Assembly: GCF_902652985.1 (NCBI RefSeq)
Contig: NC_047022.1
Location: 17,298,001-17,362,000, forward strand
Reading direction: 5' to 3'
DNA: 64,000 bases
Origin: Pecten maximus
Taxonomy: Eukaryota
Below are positions 12,311 through 24,613 of this stretch, one piece after another (position 1 is the first letter of the stretch; each line of letters starts with the position of its first letter). A model generated the notes under the pieces. That model was not told the DNA's origin. It worked only from the letters and a program-made list of their open reading frames with translations, and did no database searches. The position numbers were made by a program, and so were the translations under genes.

Positions 12311-13930
12311 TTTACACCTAAACGTGTTTCATTCCTATTGTTTTAAATTTATAGGACTATCTAGCTATATAATAGGCCCATATTGATTAAAACGAAAAAG
12401 TTGTGTTGCATTAGTATGGAGGTAACCCCACAATAAGGTAATTTCCCTAAACTAGTTTAAATTCGCTTTATGGTAAAAATAAAACAACACAATAAAAAAG
12501 TAATTCAATTGAAAGGACCTCAACTAAATAACCTGTGAATTTTGAATTCCTCTCTCATATGTTCTTCACCGACAGGTTAAAATATGGAACATTGTTTTCA
12601 GTTTTTGGGAACATATTAATAAGAGCGCAGCTCATCGCGCCCGAAGGGCGCGAGAGCGAAGCTCTCTTTAAGACAACACGTGTGTAAGCTATATTTCCAA
12701 TCAATTCTATACCCCTTCAACTTTGAAATCGTGTCCCGCGGGAAAAGTCTCGCACCTCCAGTAGAGGCGGCCATGTTTGAAATCTCGTTCCCTACACGAC
12801 GAGATCTAAATGATTTCTCTCTCTCGTCGAAATAAGTAACTGAAAGATAGTTCAAATCACTTAAATGTTACCATTTCTATTTTTCTTTTGTCTGACGAGG
12901 TAAATGTATTTTGCGAATTCGATTGACTTGAGATCATGATTTCGTTGGTTACCTAAATCGGAACCTTCCCACGTTCGGTGCTGATCAATTGGATCCGAGA
13001 GTAGAATAAGAGTATATTTTGCTGCATATGTGCATGATATAGAACAGTTTTTAATTGTATTATCATTGGATAACCACATTATAAGCTCAACTTTCCAGGT
13101 TACAACCGAAAACCCTGAAATATTATTGAGTTGAACATCCCATTCAGAATGGTGCTGTCGTTAAGCGTGACGTCATAAGAATTCAACGTCAAAGATTATG
13201 CCACGGATTCCCGCACTTTCTCAGCGCATATATTTTAAGAGTTTTTCGTCTTCCAGATGTCTGAAATATGTGATATTTTACAGGAAACAATTCAATATCT
13301 TCTGTATTTTCTTAGTGGGTATAGACTGTATCAACTGCAGTAGTTGCTGTAAATTTGTGTCATAAAATGTTATCAAAACTTGTATTCAAATAATAAAATA
13401 CAGTTCATAATTTAAAAAATCTTACTGTGTCGATCTCTTTACACCTTGAACTTAAATTACTGGATATTATGATTAACAAGGCATCGTAAAAAAGAAATGA
13501 TAAGTTACCATTGTACAATGTACAGTGTGTATCAAAGCATTTATGTGAATGAGGAGTTTCCATTCTGTTTGTATTGGTCTAACTTTCCAAAATCTATGAG
13601 ATGTTCAATTACAAACTTCCACATTATAGTTCTCATTGTATAAGTATACAGTGAGGACGTTAAGTATACCAAACATTCACAGGAGAAAACAGACTTTGTA
13701 ATTTGGTTCTTTATGTGGAAAATGAAGCCCACTCACCTTCAGATTTAAATAAAAACATACATGTTTATAATATGTCTCAAATAATAGTTTAAGCGAGTGA
13801 TTTTGCTTCTTGTTACTACAACCATTGACTTTGATATACATACTAGAGTTCTAATATATGTCCGTGCTTCAATAAAAACAAAATCAATACCAAGCCCCAA
13901 CACGTGCATAAAATGAAAGATATAGATAAA

Positions 13931-14345
13931 CGTCGCAAGTTTTAATTGTAAGTAGTTTATAGTGATACGATTGCCTTCTAGCATCGCGTTAGTCCCCTTT
14001 AGCTCAGTCGGTAAAGCAGCTGTACAGTAAAGCCGGGGGTCGCGGTTCGATGTCGGTGGAGACACATTACTTGCTTTTCTGTTACATCGGGTAACCACTC
14101 CAAGTGCAAGCTATATGAAAATGAGAGGCTTCGTTGGGGTTAAAACCTGGGTTAATGTGTGTTCGGGATGAACACGTTTGAAAAGTGAGTAGTGAGGCAG
14201 GTTTTAATTTTAAATTGTGTACATCATGAGTGATTTCTATTGAGGGATTTCCCTTTAACTCAGTCGGTAGAGCGTAGGACCAGTAGGCAGAGAGTCGCAG
14301 GTTCGATCCCCCGTGGAGACAATATATTCGCTTTCCCGTTTTTAT
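13931..14345 (+). mobile_element. tRNA-LTR TRIM, family B: LTR - about 105 bp internal - LTR
   Basis: Two diverged direct repeats (about 13931-14086 ending CTGTTACA, and about 14193-14345). Each has CCCTTTARCTCAGTCGGTA (A box) and GGTTCGAT (B box). The internal region ends in hairpin GTGTTC..GAACAC plus purine-rich GAAAAGTGAGTAG before the second repeat. Confidence 0.6.
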
Positions 14346-14597
14346 GAACATCTTGTTGTATCGTCTGCCATTTTACGTTAAATTGTTAGGCTAGTAGCAT
14401 ATGAAATGTGGCAGTAGAATAGTGTGCCATTATTCAGTGCACATGTCATCACGGACGGGTACGATCTTTTTGAATCCGGCAAAGTAAAGACAATGACAGT
14501 CACATCGGGACAAACAGTAAGAATTTCAGGTGATATACGTATAGATGTAATACATTGTTATTTTTACAAGGTGTTTACATGTTGTTGTTTTTTTAAT

Positions 14598-14628
<31 letters not shown>

Positions 14629-16209
14629 GTATAATTTACAGTCTATATGACATTGTATTGGATTAGGACTTAATATTTGCCTAGTTTGTAGCATATTTTG
14701 CAGACGCGTTGTGTCATTTTTTAAGTTAACATCCTCCCTCCCCCCCCCCCCCCCCCCCCCCCAAAAAATAAATAAAAGAAAATATGGTACATCTTCTTAG
14801 ACTGTCCCTGTGTTTCCTTCTTGATTAACAGTGATCATGAGTGAGTCAGGTGATTATAGCTGCGCTCTTCTAAGGCTTTGCCTTCATTCATATTAAGAGC
14901 GCAGCTCATCGCGCCCGAAGGGCGCGAGAGCGAAGCTCTCTTTAAGACAACACGTGTATAAGCTATATTTCCAATCAATTCTATACCCCTTCAACTTTGA
15001 AATCGTGTCCCGCGGGAAAAGTCTCGCACCTCCAGTAGAGGCAGCCATGTTTGAAATCTCGTTCCCTACACGACGAGATCTAAATGATTTCTTTCTCTCG
15101 TCGAAACAAACAACTGAAAGATAGTTCAAATCACTTAAAAGTTACCATTTCTAATTTTCTTTTGTCTGACGAGGTAAATATATTTTGCGAATTTGATTGA
15201 CTTGAGATCATGATTTCGTTGGTTACCTAAATCGGAACCTTCCCAGTTTCGGTGCTGATCAAATTGGATGCGATAGTAGAATAAGAGGTTTGCTGCATGT
15301 GTGCATGATATAGAACAGTTTTTAATTGTATTATCATTGGATAACAGCATTATAAGCTCAACTTTCCAGGTTACAACCGAAAACCCTGAAATATTACTGA
15401 GTTGAACACCCCATTCAAAATGGTGCTGTCGTTAAGCGTGACGTCATAAGAATTCGACGTCAAAGATTATGCCACAGATTCCCGCGCTTTCTCAGTGCAT
15501 ATATTTTAAGAGTTTTTCGTCTTCCAGATGTCTGTGAAATATGTGATATTTTACAGGAAACAATTCAATATCTTCTGTATTTTCTTAGTGGGTATAGACT
15601 GTATTAACTGCTATTTTTTTTTGTCGTACAATTTTATCAAAATTTGTATTAAAATAATAAAATACAGTTCAGAATTTAAAAAAATCTTACCGTGTCGATC
15701 TCTTTACACCTTGAACTTAAATTACTGGATATTATGATTAACAAGGCATCGTGAAAAAGAAAGGATAAGTTATCATAGTATAATGTACAGTGTGTATCAA
15801 AGCATTTATGTGAATGAGGAGATTCCATTCTGTTTGTATTAGTCTAACTTTCCAAAATCTATGTGATGTTCATTTACAAACTTCCACATTAGTTCTCCTT
15901 GTATAAGTATACAGTGAGGACGTTAAGTATACCAAACATTCACAGGAGAAAACAGACTTTGTAATTTGGTTCTTTATGTGGAAAATGAAGCCCTTTTTCA
16001 TAACTTATCCAATATGCACTCACCTTCAAATTTAAATAAAAACATACATGTTTATAATATATCTCAAATAATAGTCTAAGCGAGTGGTTTTGCTTCTTGT
16101 TACTTCAACCATTGACTTTGATATACATACTGATATACATGTATGCCCGTGTTTCAATAAAAACAAAACCAATACCAAACCCCAACAAGTGCATAAAATG
16201 AAAGATATA

Positions 16210-16607
16210 TAATTGTAAGTAGTTTATAGTGATACCATTGCCTTCTAGCATCGCGTTAGTTCCCTTTAGCTCAGTCGGTAAAGCAGCTGTGCAGTAAAGC
16301 CGGGGGTCGCGGTTCGATGTCGGTGGAGACACATTACTTGCTTTTCTGTTACATCGGTTAACCACTCCAAATGCAAGCTATATGAAAATGAGAGGCTTCG
16401 TTGGGGATAAAACCTGGGTTAATGTGTGTTAGGGATGAACACGTTTGAAAAGTGAGTAGTGAGGCAGGTTTTAATTGTAAATTGTGTACATAGCGATTTC
16501 TAGTGGGGGATTTCCCTTTAGCTCAGTCGGTAGAGCGTCGGACCAGTAGGCAGAGGGTCGCAGGTTCGATCCCCTGTGGCGACAATTATATTCGCATTCC
16601 CGTTATA
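16210..16607 (+). mobile_element. tRNA-LTR TRIM, family B (copy in the duplicated unit)
   Basis: Duplicate of 13931-14345, with tRNA-like cassettes at about 16259-16330 and 16512-16582. Confidence 0.6.
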
Positions 16608-16994
16608 TATGAAAATCTTGTTGTATCGTCTGCCCTTTTACGTTGTTAGTAGCATATGAAATGTGGCAGTAGAATAGTGATGCCAATATTCAGTGCACAT
16701 GTCAACACGGACGGGATATGACATGTACGATCATTTGGAATACAGCAAAGTAAGGACAATGAAAGTCACATCGGGACAAACAAAAAGAATTTCAACTGAT
16801 ATACATGTAGATGTAATACATTGTTAATTTTACAAGGTGTTTATATGTTGTTGGGTTTTTTGTTTTTGTTTTTAAGGATGTATAATTTACAGTCTATATG
16901 ACATTGTATTAGATTAGGACTTTATATTTGCCTAGTTTGTAGCATATTTTGCAGACGCGTTGTGTCATTTTTTTTTAAATTAACATCCCCTCCC

Positions 16995-17029
<35 letters not shown>

Positions 17030-17499
17030 AAAAAAAAAGGAAAAGAAAATATGGTACATGTTCTTTGACTGTTATTCTCATGTCCCTGTGTTTCCTTCTT
17101 GATTAACGGTGAGTGAGTCAGGTGATTATAGCTGCGCTCTTCTAAGGCTTTGCCTTCATTCATATTATTACTAAGCGATAAAATATGTAAAAGATTAATT
17201 AAAATCGACAAATACAACTCAAAGCAGGTTTTGTTGTTCTTTTTTTACGAGGTTCTGTCACCGAATTGGAACAATTAACAGTTAGTAAAACGGCTCCCCA
17301 TATAGTACGCCCATAGATTAGATGGACAAGAAAATTATCTTCCTTTATCATTTTCTTTATATATAATTCGGTGACAACCTTCCATTAAGTGCGCGCAATG
17401 AACGACAACTCTGGATAGAAATTGACCTTGTCGCTTGTTGTCGTCAATTTTACTCAACAATCTATCAGTAAACACTTAGGTGACAAAGATTTCATATAC

Positions 17500-17535
17500 A
17501 TGTACTTCCGGTTTATTCGTCTGGCACGTGGGTCG
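17500..17535 (+). promoter_or_regulatory. Candidate BUD23 proximal promoter motifs (ETS and E-box)
   Basis: ACTTCCGG at 17504-17511 and CACGTG at 17525-17530, about 100 bp upstream of the ATG. Function is inferred. Confidence 0.4.
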
Positions 17536-17621
17536 ACTTGTCAATAACAATCATGTTGAATACGTAATACAATACGTTATATTTCTGATATTTTTAGATC
17601 ATTTATTTAAAAGATTTGGTT

Positions 17622-20600
17622 ATGGCCCACTCGTCGTCTGGAAGGCCCGAACGACAGGCCCCTCCTGAAATTGTAAGTAAAATGTAAATATAAATCATCG
17701 TTCAGTCAATATTTTTCTTCTACATTTTATTGGCATCATACGTATGCCAAGACTGTCTTTGTAAAGGGACTATTGATAAGACATTTTAATGTAAAGTAAA
17801 CCCCCGTGTTTAAATATATTTTGGCTATACAGCAGGCATAAACTATAATTTAGAAGACTTTCAGGTGCTTGGTTCAGATACATATGCACAGGGGCGTGAC
17901 ACATTTTACGCCCAGAAGTGCAGAACCCTGGCCTGTCCAAGCATTTTCCACTCGACTTACATTTGGTGCCTGTGACCAAACATATTACCTTGTTTCAAGT
18001 ATTAGGTGAATACTTTACTTGACAAGGTTACCTGAACCTGTGTTATGAGTTGTTAGGTCTTCGGGGTCAAAGACTTAAAAGGGAGGGAAGAGTTATGCAG
18101 AACTGGATGGTGTTGTTCGTCTGAGACAAGGTAGCTCATTTGGTAGAGCATCCGGCTAGTCTTCGGATGTCTCGGGTTCGAACCACGGTCTGGCTGTGCA
18201 TTTTTCAACTCCTCTTACACATGTACAGATGATGTATGCAATTGGCATTTGCTGTAGAACTCCAACACCTGTGCCATTGTATGTATCATAATAAACTCAG
18301 ATACTTTATTTTGATATACAATACACCAATTGTAAGGTTAGGTACTGATCTGGTCGTTCCATTTTCCCTCTTCTATTACACACAGTAGCTTGGCACAAAT
18401 TCTCAACCCGCAGTCCATTATATAGATTGGGTGCCGTAGATCGTGAGGTTGAGGCCCGGTCAGGGCACAAGTCAAAAAGTTGTCTTCCTTCGTCATTTGT
18501 GTTGCTAAATTATATGCATATGTAAATATATATATATATATATATATATCTATTTTTAAAATTCATATCTGTTTTTCTTTCTGGAGAGTTACTACTGCTG
18601 AGGGTTGGACTTCAAGAATTCCCCCGAGGGTTAAGATTTCTTTGTCACACTCCCTAGGTACTGGGTAGGGAAAGGTTATTTTTCTCCCACCACTGTCTGT
18701 TTGTAAGCAAATGCACATGGTCGGTGTACACATATATATCCTCATTTGAAGAAGCACCCATCCCACCCACCCACACACACACAATTGCATACCAATATCT
18801 TAACACAAGAAAATAAAGGTTTAAAATCAATTCACAATATTTATTCAAAAAGACGCTAAAATAAGGTGTCAGTGATACTTTTCCGACGTTAACAAGAGTA
18901 CATCTTGTCTCATTGCATAAAACTTTTGTCTCTTATGTACATTTAACATTAAATAACAACGCGGGAACTATAGTGACATCTACATTGTATCAAAGAGTAG
19001 TTCTGTAAGTACTTCTGGTTTAGAAGGTTAAAGCATGCAATCTGTCATACCTTAGGAGTTGACGGAGAATTCTCTCACATCTAAAACTGAAGATAAATCG
19101 GTGAACTGTGGGAGAGTAGAGGGTCCATCTAGAGTTCAAAGGGTGAAGTCCCGGTCTAGTTATTCACAATGTATTTTCCTCTCCTACCTATCACAGCCAT
19201 CAACTTGCGTAACAATTAAATTTGAAATAATTCTGTTTCTGAAGATAAAGTGAACCTATTCAAACAATATTAGAAGTGGCATGACAAGAAAATGATTACG
19301 GGGCAGTAGTTAAAAAAAAAAGTCAAATGTTAAATCTGACCACCAGTGGCCTCTTATGTTATAGGAGTAATGATACGCCATGTGTGCTTTTCAGATCTAG
19401 GATCTTCTATATACATTGTACATGTATTAAGAACATTCAAACGAAGGAAATTCTCAGGATTTGACCTGTAGAGGTTTATCAGAATGTACAGTATATACAT
19501 ATAATGTACATGTATTGTTTTTTATGTTCTGTTGTTATTTTCAATGTTCATTTCTTTTCTGTCAATTCAGTTTTATGGTGAAGATGAAGCCAGAAAATAC
19601 ACATCAAAGTAAGTTGGAAAGCATCAATTCAAACATATATATCTAGAGATAATAAGGTCAAAGATGTTCTAGACTTTCTCAATTGATTTAAAATAAAGTT
19701 ATGACACATAATTACACAATAATGTTGTGTGACATCTAGACTTGTTATATTGAAAAATGAGTCTGAGAGAGGACATGAGATTACTGTATGTCACATTTTA
19801 GTCGGTAAAGTCATGTTTCATTGCTGTCACTTTTGCATTATATCACAGACTTACAAGTTACTAATCTGTGATTACATTATTGCCCCAGTACTCGTATGAT
19901 AGAAATTCAAAGTCAACTCTCAGAAAGAGCTATGGAGTTACTACGGCTACCGGAGGATCAGCCATGTTTTATTTTGGATGTAGGGTAAGTATTTCGGTAT
20001 TTGTTTCGTAAGACTTACTAACCCTACACACATACAGTAGAGTCTGTTACCATGGTTACTTACTAAATTAGTTATAATGTATCTATATTTGGGATGTTTA
20101 GTACAATATTTCATGAGTATACGTATTTTTAGAAATTTAGAAATTCTGACATGGGCTTCTCCTTATATGATGTTGATAATAGTATGTGGACTGCTAATTA
20201 GAAATTACAAAAATTAAGGGGTTGGATGTTGACAACTGTTAAAATTTATTTGCTAATTTTGATTTTATTTGTCAAAATTGAGAAACCATCCTACTAAACT
20301 GAAGTCTGTCAAACATCACTTAAAAATTATGTTTAATCAAATTTGTGATGATGATTTTTGGCTAGGTGTGGCTCTGGCCTGAGTGGCGAAACTCTGACAG
20401 AACAGGGGCATTTCTGGGTCGGAGTGGATATCAGTTCTCATATGTTGGGTAAGTAAGAAACATGTTTAATACATATAGTAACATGCTCAACACATACTGA
20501 TCTTTTCCGAGAATGTCTTTAATATAAGATTGGAGTGAAGGATGTTGACATCCTCTGGGTGAAGTCATAGATATGATTTACACTGTATCATAAAAATAAT

Positions 20601-23600
20601 AGAATAATGTAACATTTCACAAGAGAATTCAGAAGGGTTTTGAGTACTGTACATGAATCCGAGATGAATAAAATACATGTTATGTTATTCTTTCCCCTGC
20701 AGTACAGTTTGAAGTTGTACCATTAAATTTACATGAAACATTTTAACAAAATTTCAAAAGTTTATTGTCATCACTTCCTTGCTGATTTCAGACGTGGCTG
20801 TTGAGAGGGAGACTGAAGGAGATCTTGTTTTGGGAGATATGGGCTACGGAATGCCCTTCAAACCAGGAACATTTGATGGCGTCATTAGGTATTAATGTAC
20901 AGAATATATTTGTTTACGGTCCCCGGGTGGAGCAGAGGAAACACACACACCTTTCACCTGACCTGGGTTTGATTCCCCAATTGGACATGAAATTGTGTGA
21001 TAGTCATCTGCCTGACCGCAATAAGACTCCTTGTGCACTTTTTTTCTTCTGACCAAGATTGATTAGTAATACATGTACATGTAGTTGATTTCACTTGTTC
21101 ACAATTATAAAAAAATCTTATCTATAAGTTATTTAAGGAGATATCAATTCAAGGGTAGTTGATGGCACTAAAACTGGAAATAAAAATAAAATATGATTTA
21201 ATAATAATAAAAGAAAATGAAAACATACACAATACACATCAAATTGTAATTCTTTATTTTACGTTCATTATGAGAGGCAATGATGTATAAATATGCTAAT
21301 AAACATAACGAAACATCTTTTAAGTGATTACTTACAGCCCTGTGAAGCATAACACATTTAAAGGATTCCACTTTTTCAGAAAGTCCATTCAAATTATACA
21401 GAGGGACTCCATTTATGAAATTCTCAGCAAAAACCCTTTTATATTTTTGTGATATAATAGGATGATGAGTGTTTATTTTTATTTTTCAGCATATCTGCTC
21501 TTCAATGGCTCTGTAATGCTGACAAAGCCTTCCACCATCCACCGAAGCGACTTCTTAAATTCTTCAGTACACTATATGCCTGTCTGGTAGGTCTGCCAGT
21601 CCTTGTACATGACAAATCATTCTGTGTGTGTGTGAATTTCCTTTTTCAAAACATGATTCAGTGTATTGTTTAACAAGAAATACTTTTGTTAGATCTGAAA
21701 AAAATTGTTTTGAAATTTTCAGCAGTAGATATAAAAATTGAATGTTTATTTTTTGCAGACACAAGGTGTCTTTGAGACAGAGATTTATTTAATTATTCTT
21801 TTAATAGCGTATTGAACTAAATCCTTTCAATAATTTAAAAGTTAAAATAAATGTTTCTACATTCCATGTTTCCAGAGTAGGGGAAGCCGTGCTGTGTTTC
21901 AGCTTTACCCAGAAAACAGCTCACAGGTTTGTACTTTGGTCGGATTTACTCTGATAAAGGTGGTCACTGGTGAACACTGTGACAATTTTCTGATAAAAAT
22001 GAACAAATTTCAAATTTAAGATTGTTTTTATCAAAAGACTGTCTAAAATAAATTCAGAGAAAGTAGGAATTGACATCTTGAGGAAATGATTTATATTTGA
22101 AATCTCAAAATTGTCAGATATTTTCATTATGCAAGAGGTGATCACCTTTTACATTGTTTTCTTTGCAATGAAATTATTTCTCTAATTATCTGTATTAAGT
22201 GTGAAGTGATACTCAAGTCATGATGTTTCAAGTCAAACGTAGTGATCTTTTCTATCAACATACAAGTTAGTTCTCGGATAGTGAAAGAGAAAAATTGCAT
22301 CAATATTTGACTCCGGACTGTGGAATTTGTTGAAAATTAGTACATTATTTTGTACTTTCTTTTTCATAAGCACATTTCGAAGATTCTGCAGAAAGTGAGA
22401 TGATAAACAAAACTGCAATTTTGTGTGGTATATTTGTGTGGCGAGTGAGAGCCCTCCTGTGTAGGAACACAGTGTATATATATATATGAAGGCTGATTCC
22501 AAGGCCCCAATTTTGACAGCCTTCCAACGTATACAGGTCTAGGCAATAAAATGTTTTGTGCTTGTGATAAAAATGAATGCAATTTTTGTTTCAGTTAGAG
22601 CTAATCACACAACAGTCTATGAAAGCAGGATTCACTGGAGGCCTGGTGGTCGACTACCCAAACAGTACAAAGGCCAAAAAGTAAGTTTAAAGATGTGGCC
22701 TACTCTCGGACATGTGATATATTGTAGGAAGTATGGCTTTGTCTCAAATGAGATTTTGTAACCAAATATCGGCCCTTGACTGAGAGTATTAGAACCAATC
22801 AAGATAACAGGTTCAGTTACAATATTTATCCAGCAATAAGCCTGTGTCTGAAAATAAACTTACCCATGTCCGGGGCTTACTCCTTGAATATTTTATAAAT
22901 GGATCCTTTCAAGATTACATGGAGCCTTTCTGTATAAATCGAATGGAAGTGGGTACACTTATTGTATCCCAATATTTAAAAGGCTTTGGCAATGATTTGA
23001 ATGCAAATATGTCCAATACAGTTTAATGAAACTGCTATTGGCCTGTAATAAGCCGTTGCTTTGAGTTTAGGTTTTGTATATTTTATCCTCTTCCCTCCAT
23101 TGAGAAAGATTTTGTTTTAGACCCACTGGGCTTATCGCAGGACAGTTACTGTAATATGCAATATTTAAAACCTCCCTTTTGTATTTTTGTAGGATATTTC
23201 TGTGTCTGTTTGCTGGTGGTCAGCCACAACAGTTACCAAAGGGACTGGGAACAGAGGTTGGCAGTAGTCAGGGACAACAGATCGACTTCAACACCAAAAG
23301 GTAAAGTTATACAGTTATACAGCTAAACTGAACAAGCTTGAAAGCTGGAGGCCAGATACCTCAAATGGTTGGAGCATCCGTCTAGAGTTTGGAGGTCCGG
23401 GTTTATGCCCTGGTCTGGTCGTTGTAGTTTTGACTCTCCTGTTACGTTATGCATCCAACTTAATACCCATGGAAAGTGATATACGGTCTTGTGTGTGTCT
23501 TTGGGGTTGAAGACCTTGTTGAATGAGGGAGGAATGCAGTGGAATTGGTCTGGGCTAAACACCAGTGGCCAGGTAGCTGAAGTGGTTGGAGTTCAGAAGT

Positions 23601-24613
23601 TCCAGGCTGAAGTCCTGGTCTGGTTGTTACAGTTTCCCTCTCCTGTTACACAAACTTTTATTTTTTTTACAACCATAATGACAAAACATGCCATTGGCAA
23701 TTACAAGGTATTATCCTGAAGGGTATTTAAAGCTGTAGATTAACTGCCTTCATATACATGTAGTTTGTTATTTTCGCTGACTTTTTACAATACAACTGTG
23801 TCACCCTAAAGATTCCACAGAGCCATGGGTTTTATGTACAAACATTTAGTGTCTATGCAGATATTTGTTTTCTAAACTGAGCTTATAGCAAAATATATTG
23901 GTTATACATTAATATCAAAAAATGATTCTCAGCTTCAAATCTTGAGAAAATATAAGTCTTCAGATCGAACAGCAGTAATAGTTTTAAATGAAATTATAAA
24001 AAAAAATATTTCAGGGAGAGGATGAAGAAACTGCGAGGTGCCAAATCTGCAAAGGGAAGCAGAGATTGGATCCTGGAGAAGAAAGAGCGTCGGCGAAGAC
24101 AGGGGAGGTAAGTCATGGAGAAGTATCGTAACAGCAGTATGTGGCAGAACTTTACACCCCTCCCTGATCATAGCTTTTATCTGTTGTTAAGAAGTGAAAT
24201 AGACAAATAGTATCAGTGAAAAATATGTTAATTAATATCTGTAAACTAGGGCATCTTCAATATAATTACCGAAGTGTTATCTTGGAGTATTGGTCATCAC
24301 AATGTTCGAGTACATGGGTCGGTTCATTACAGACAGAAAGTCCAGGACAACTAGTAGCTACACCCCCTTTGCAAAAAAGTATTACTCCTATTAAGTGTTC
24401 AGTGCCACTTCTTCTTATCAATTCTTCTAAAACTGATCTCCCCTTGATTGGATATTGAGCTAAAATTTATGTGATTTTAAAATCTTAATCATTAATTTTT
24501 ATAGCAACATAGCGAGAATAATCATTGTAAAGGTCTATTTTTTGTGTCTTTATTACAGAGAAGTCCGACCAGATACCAAGTACACTGCAAGGAAGAGGAA
24601 GGTCAAGTTTTAG
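17622..24613 (+). CDS. BUD23: 18S rRNA guanine-N7 methyltransferase BUD23/WBSCR22, 284 aa
   Basis: Eleven GT-AG exons: 17622-17672, 19571-19608, 19889-19984, 20366-20448, 20792-20888, 21490-21586, 21876-21926, 22595-22680, 23193-23300, 24015-24107, 24559-24613 (855 nt, in frame). Motifs [89 protein letters not shown]. Confidence 0.97.
18057..18219 (+). mobile_element. tRNA-LTR TRIM family A: internal 3' end + PPT + 3' LTR
   Basis: Hairpin GTCTTC-GGGGTC-AAAGAC, purine tract AAAAGGGAGGGAAGAG, then the cassette GGTAGCTCATTTGGTAGAGCATCCGGCTAGT..GGTTCGAACC..CTCCTCTTACA. Lies in BUD23 intron 1. Confidence 0.65.
23345..23650 (+). mobile_element. tRNA-LTR TRIM family A: degenerate LTR - internal - LTR
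   Basis: First repeat ends CTCCTGTTAC (23445). The internal region is homologous to 12247-12310 and has hairpin GTCTTT..GAAGAC and PPT GAGGGAGGAA (23525-23534). Second repeat runs TG(23535)...CTCCTGTTACA(23650). Confidence 0.65.

Larger units (their letters stand above)
12612..17166. repeat. Tandem duplication of a 2.28-kb unit (copies about 12612-14888 and 14889-17166)
   Basis: Both copies start CATATTAA(TAA)GAGCGCAGCTCATCGCGCCCGAAGGGCGCG and end GCTTTGCCTTCATTCATATT. They are colinear throughout with scattered substitutions and indels. Confidence 0.95.

Noticed and set aside
12616-15350. Duplicated short ORFs (MNYLSV..., M[WL]LSNDN...) as paralogous genes
   Set aside because: They recur only because of the tandem duplication. 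A frameshift differs between copies and there is no recognisable domain.
12150-16582. Functional tRNA genes (cassettes at about 12150, 13994, 14250, 16259 and 16512)
   Set aside because: A and B boxes are present, but stems are mismatched, copies diverge from each other, and all sit in repeated LTR-like flanks. They are better explained as mobile-element cassettes.
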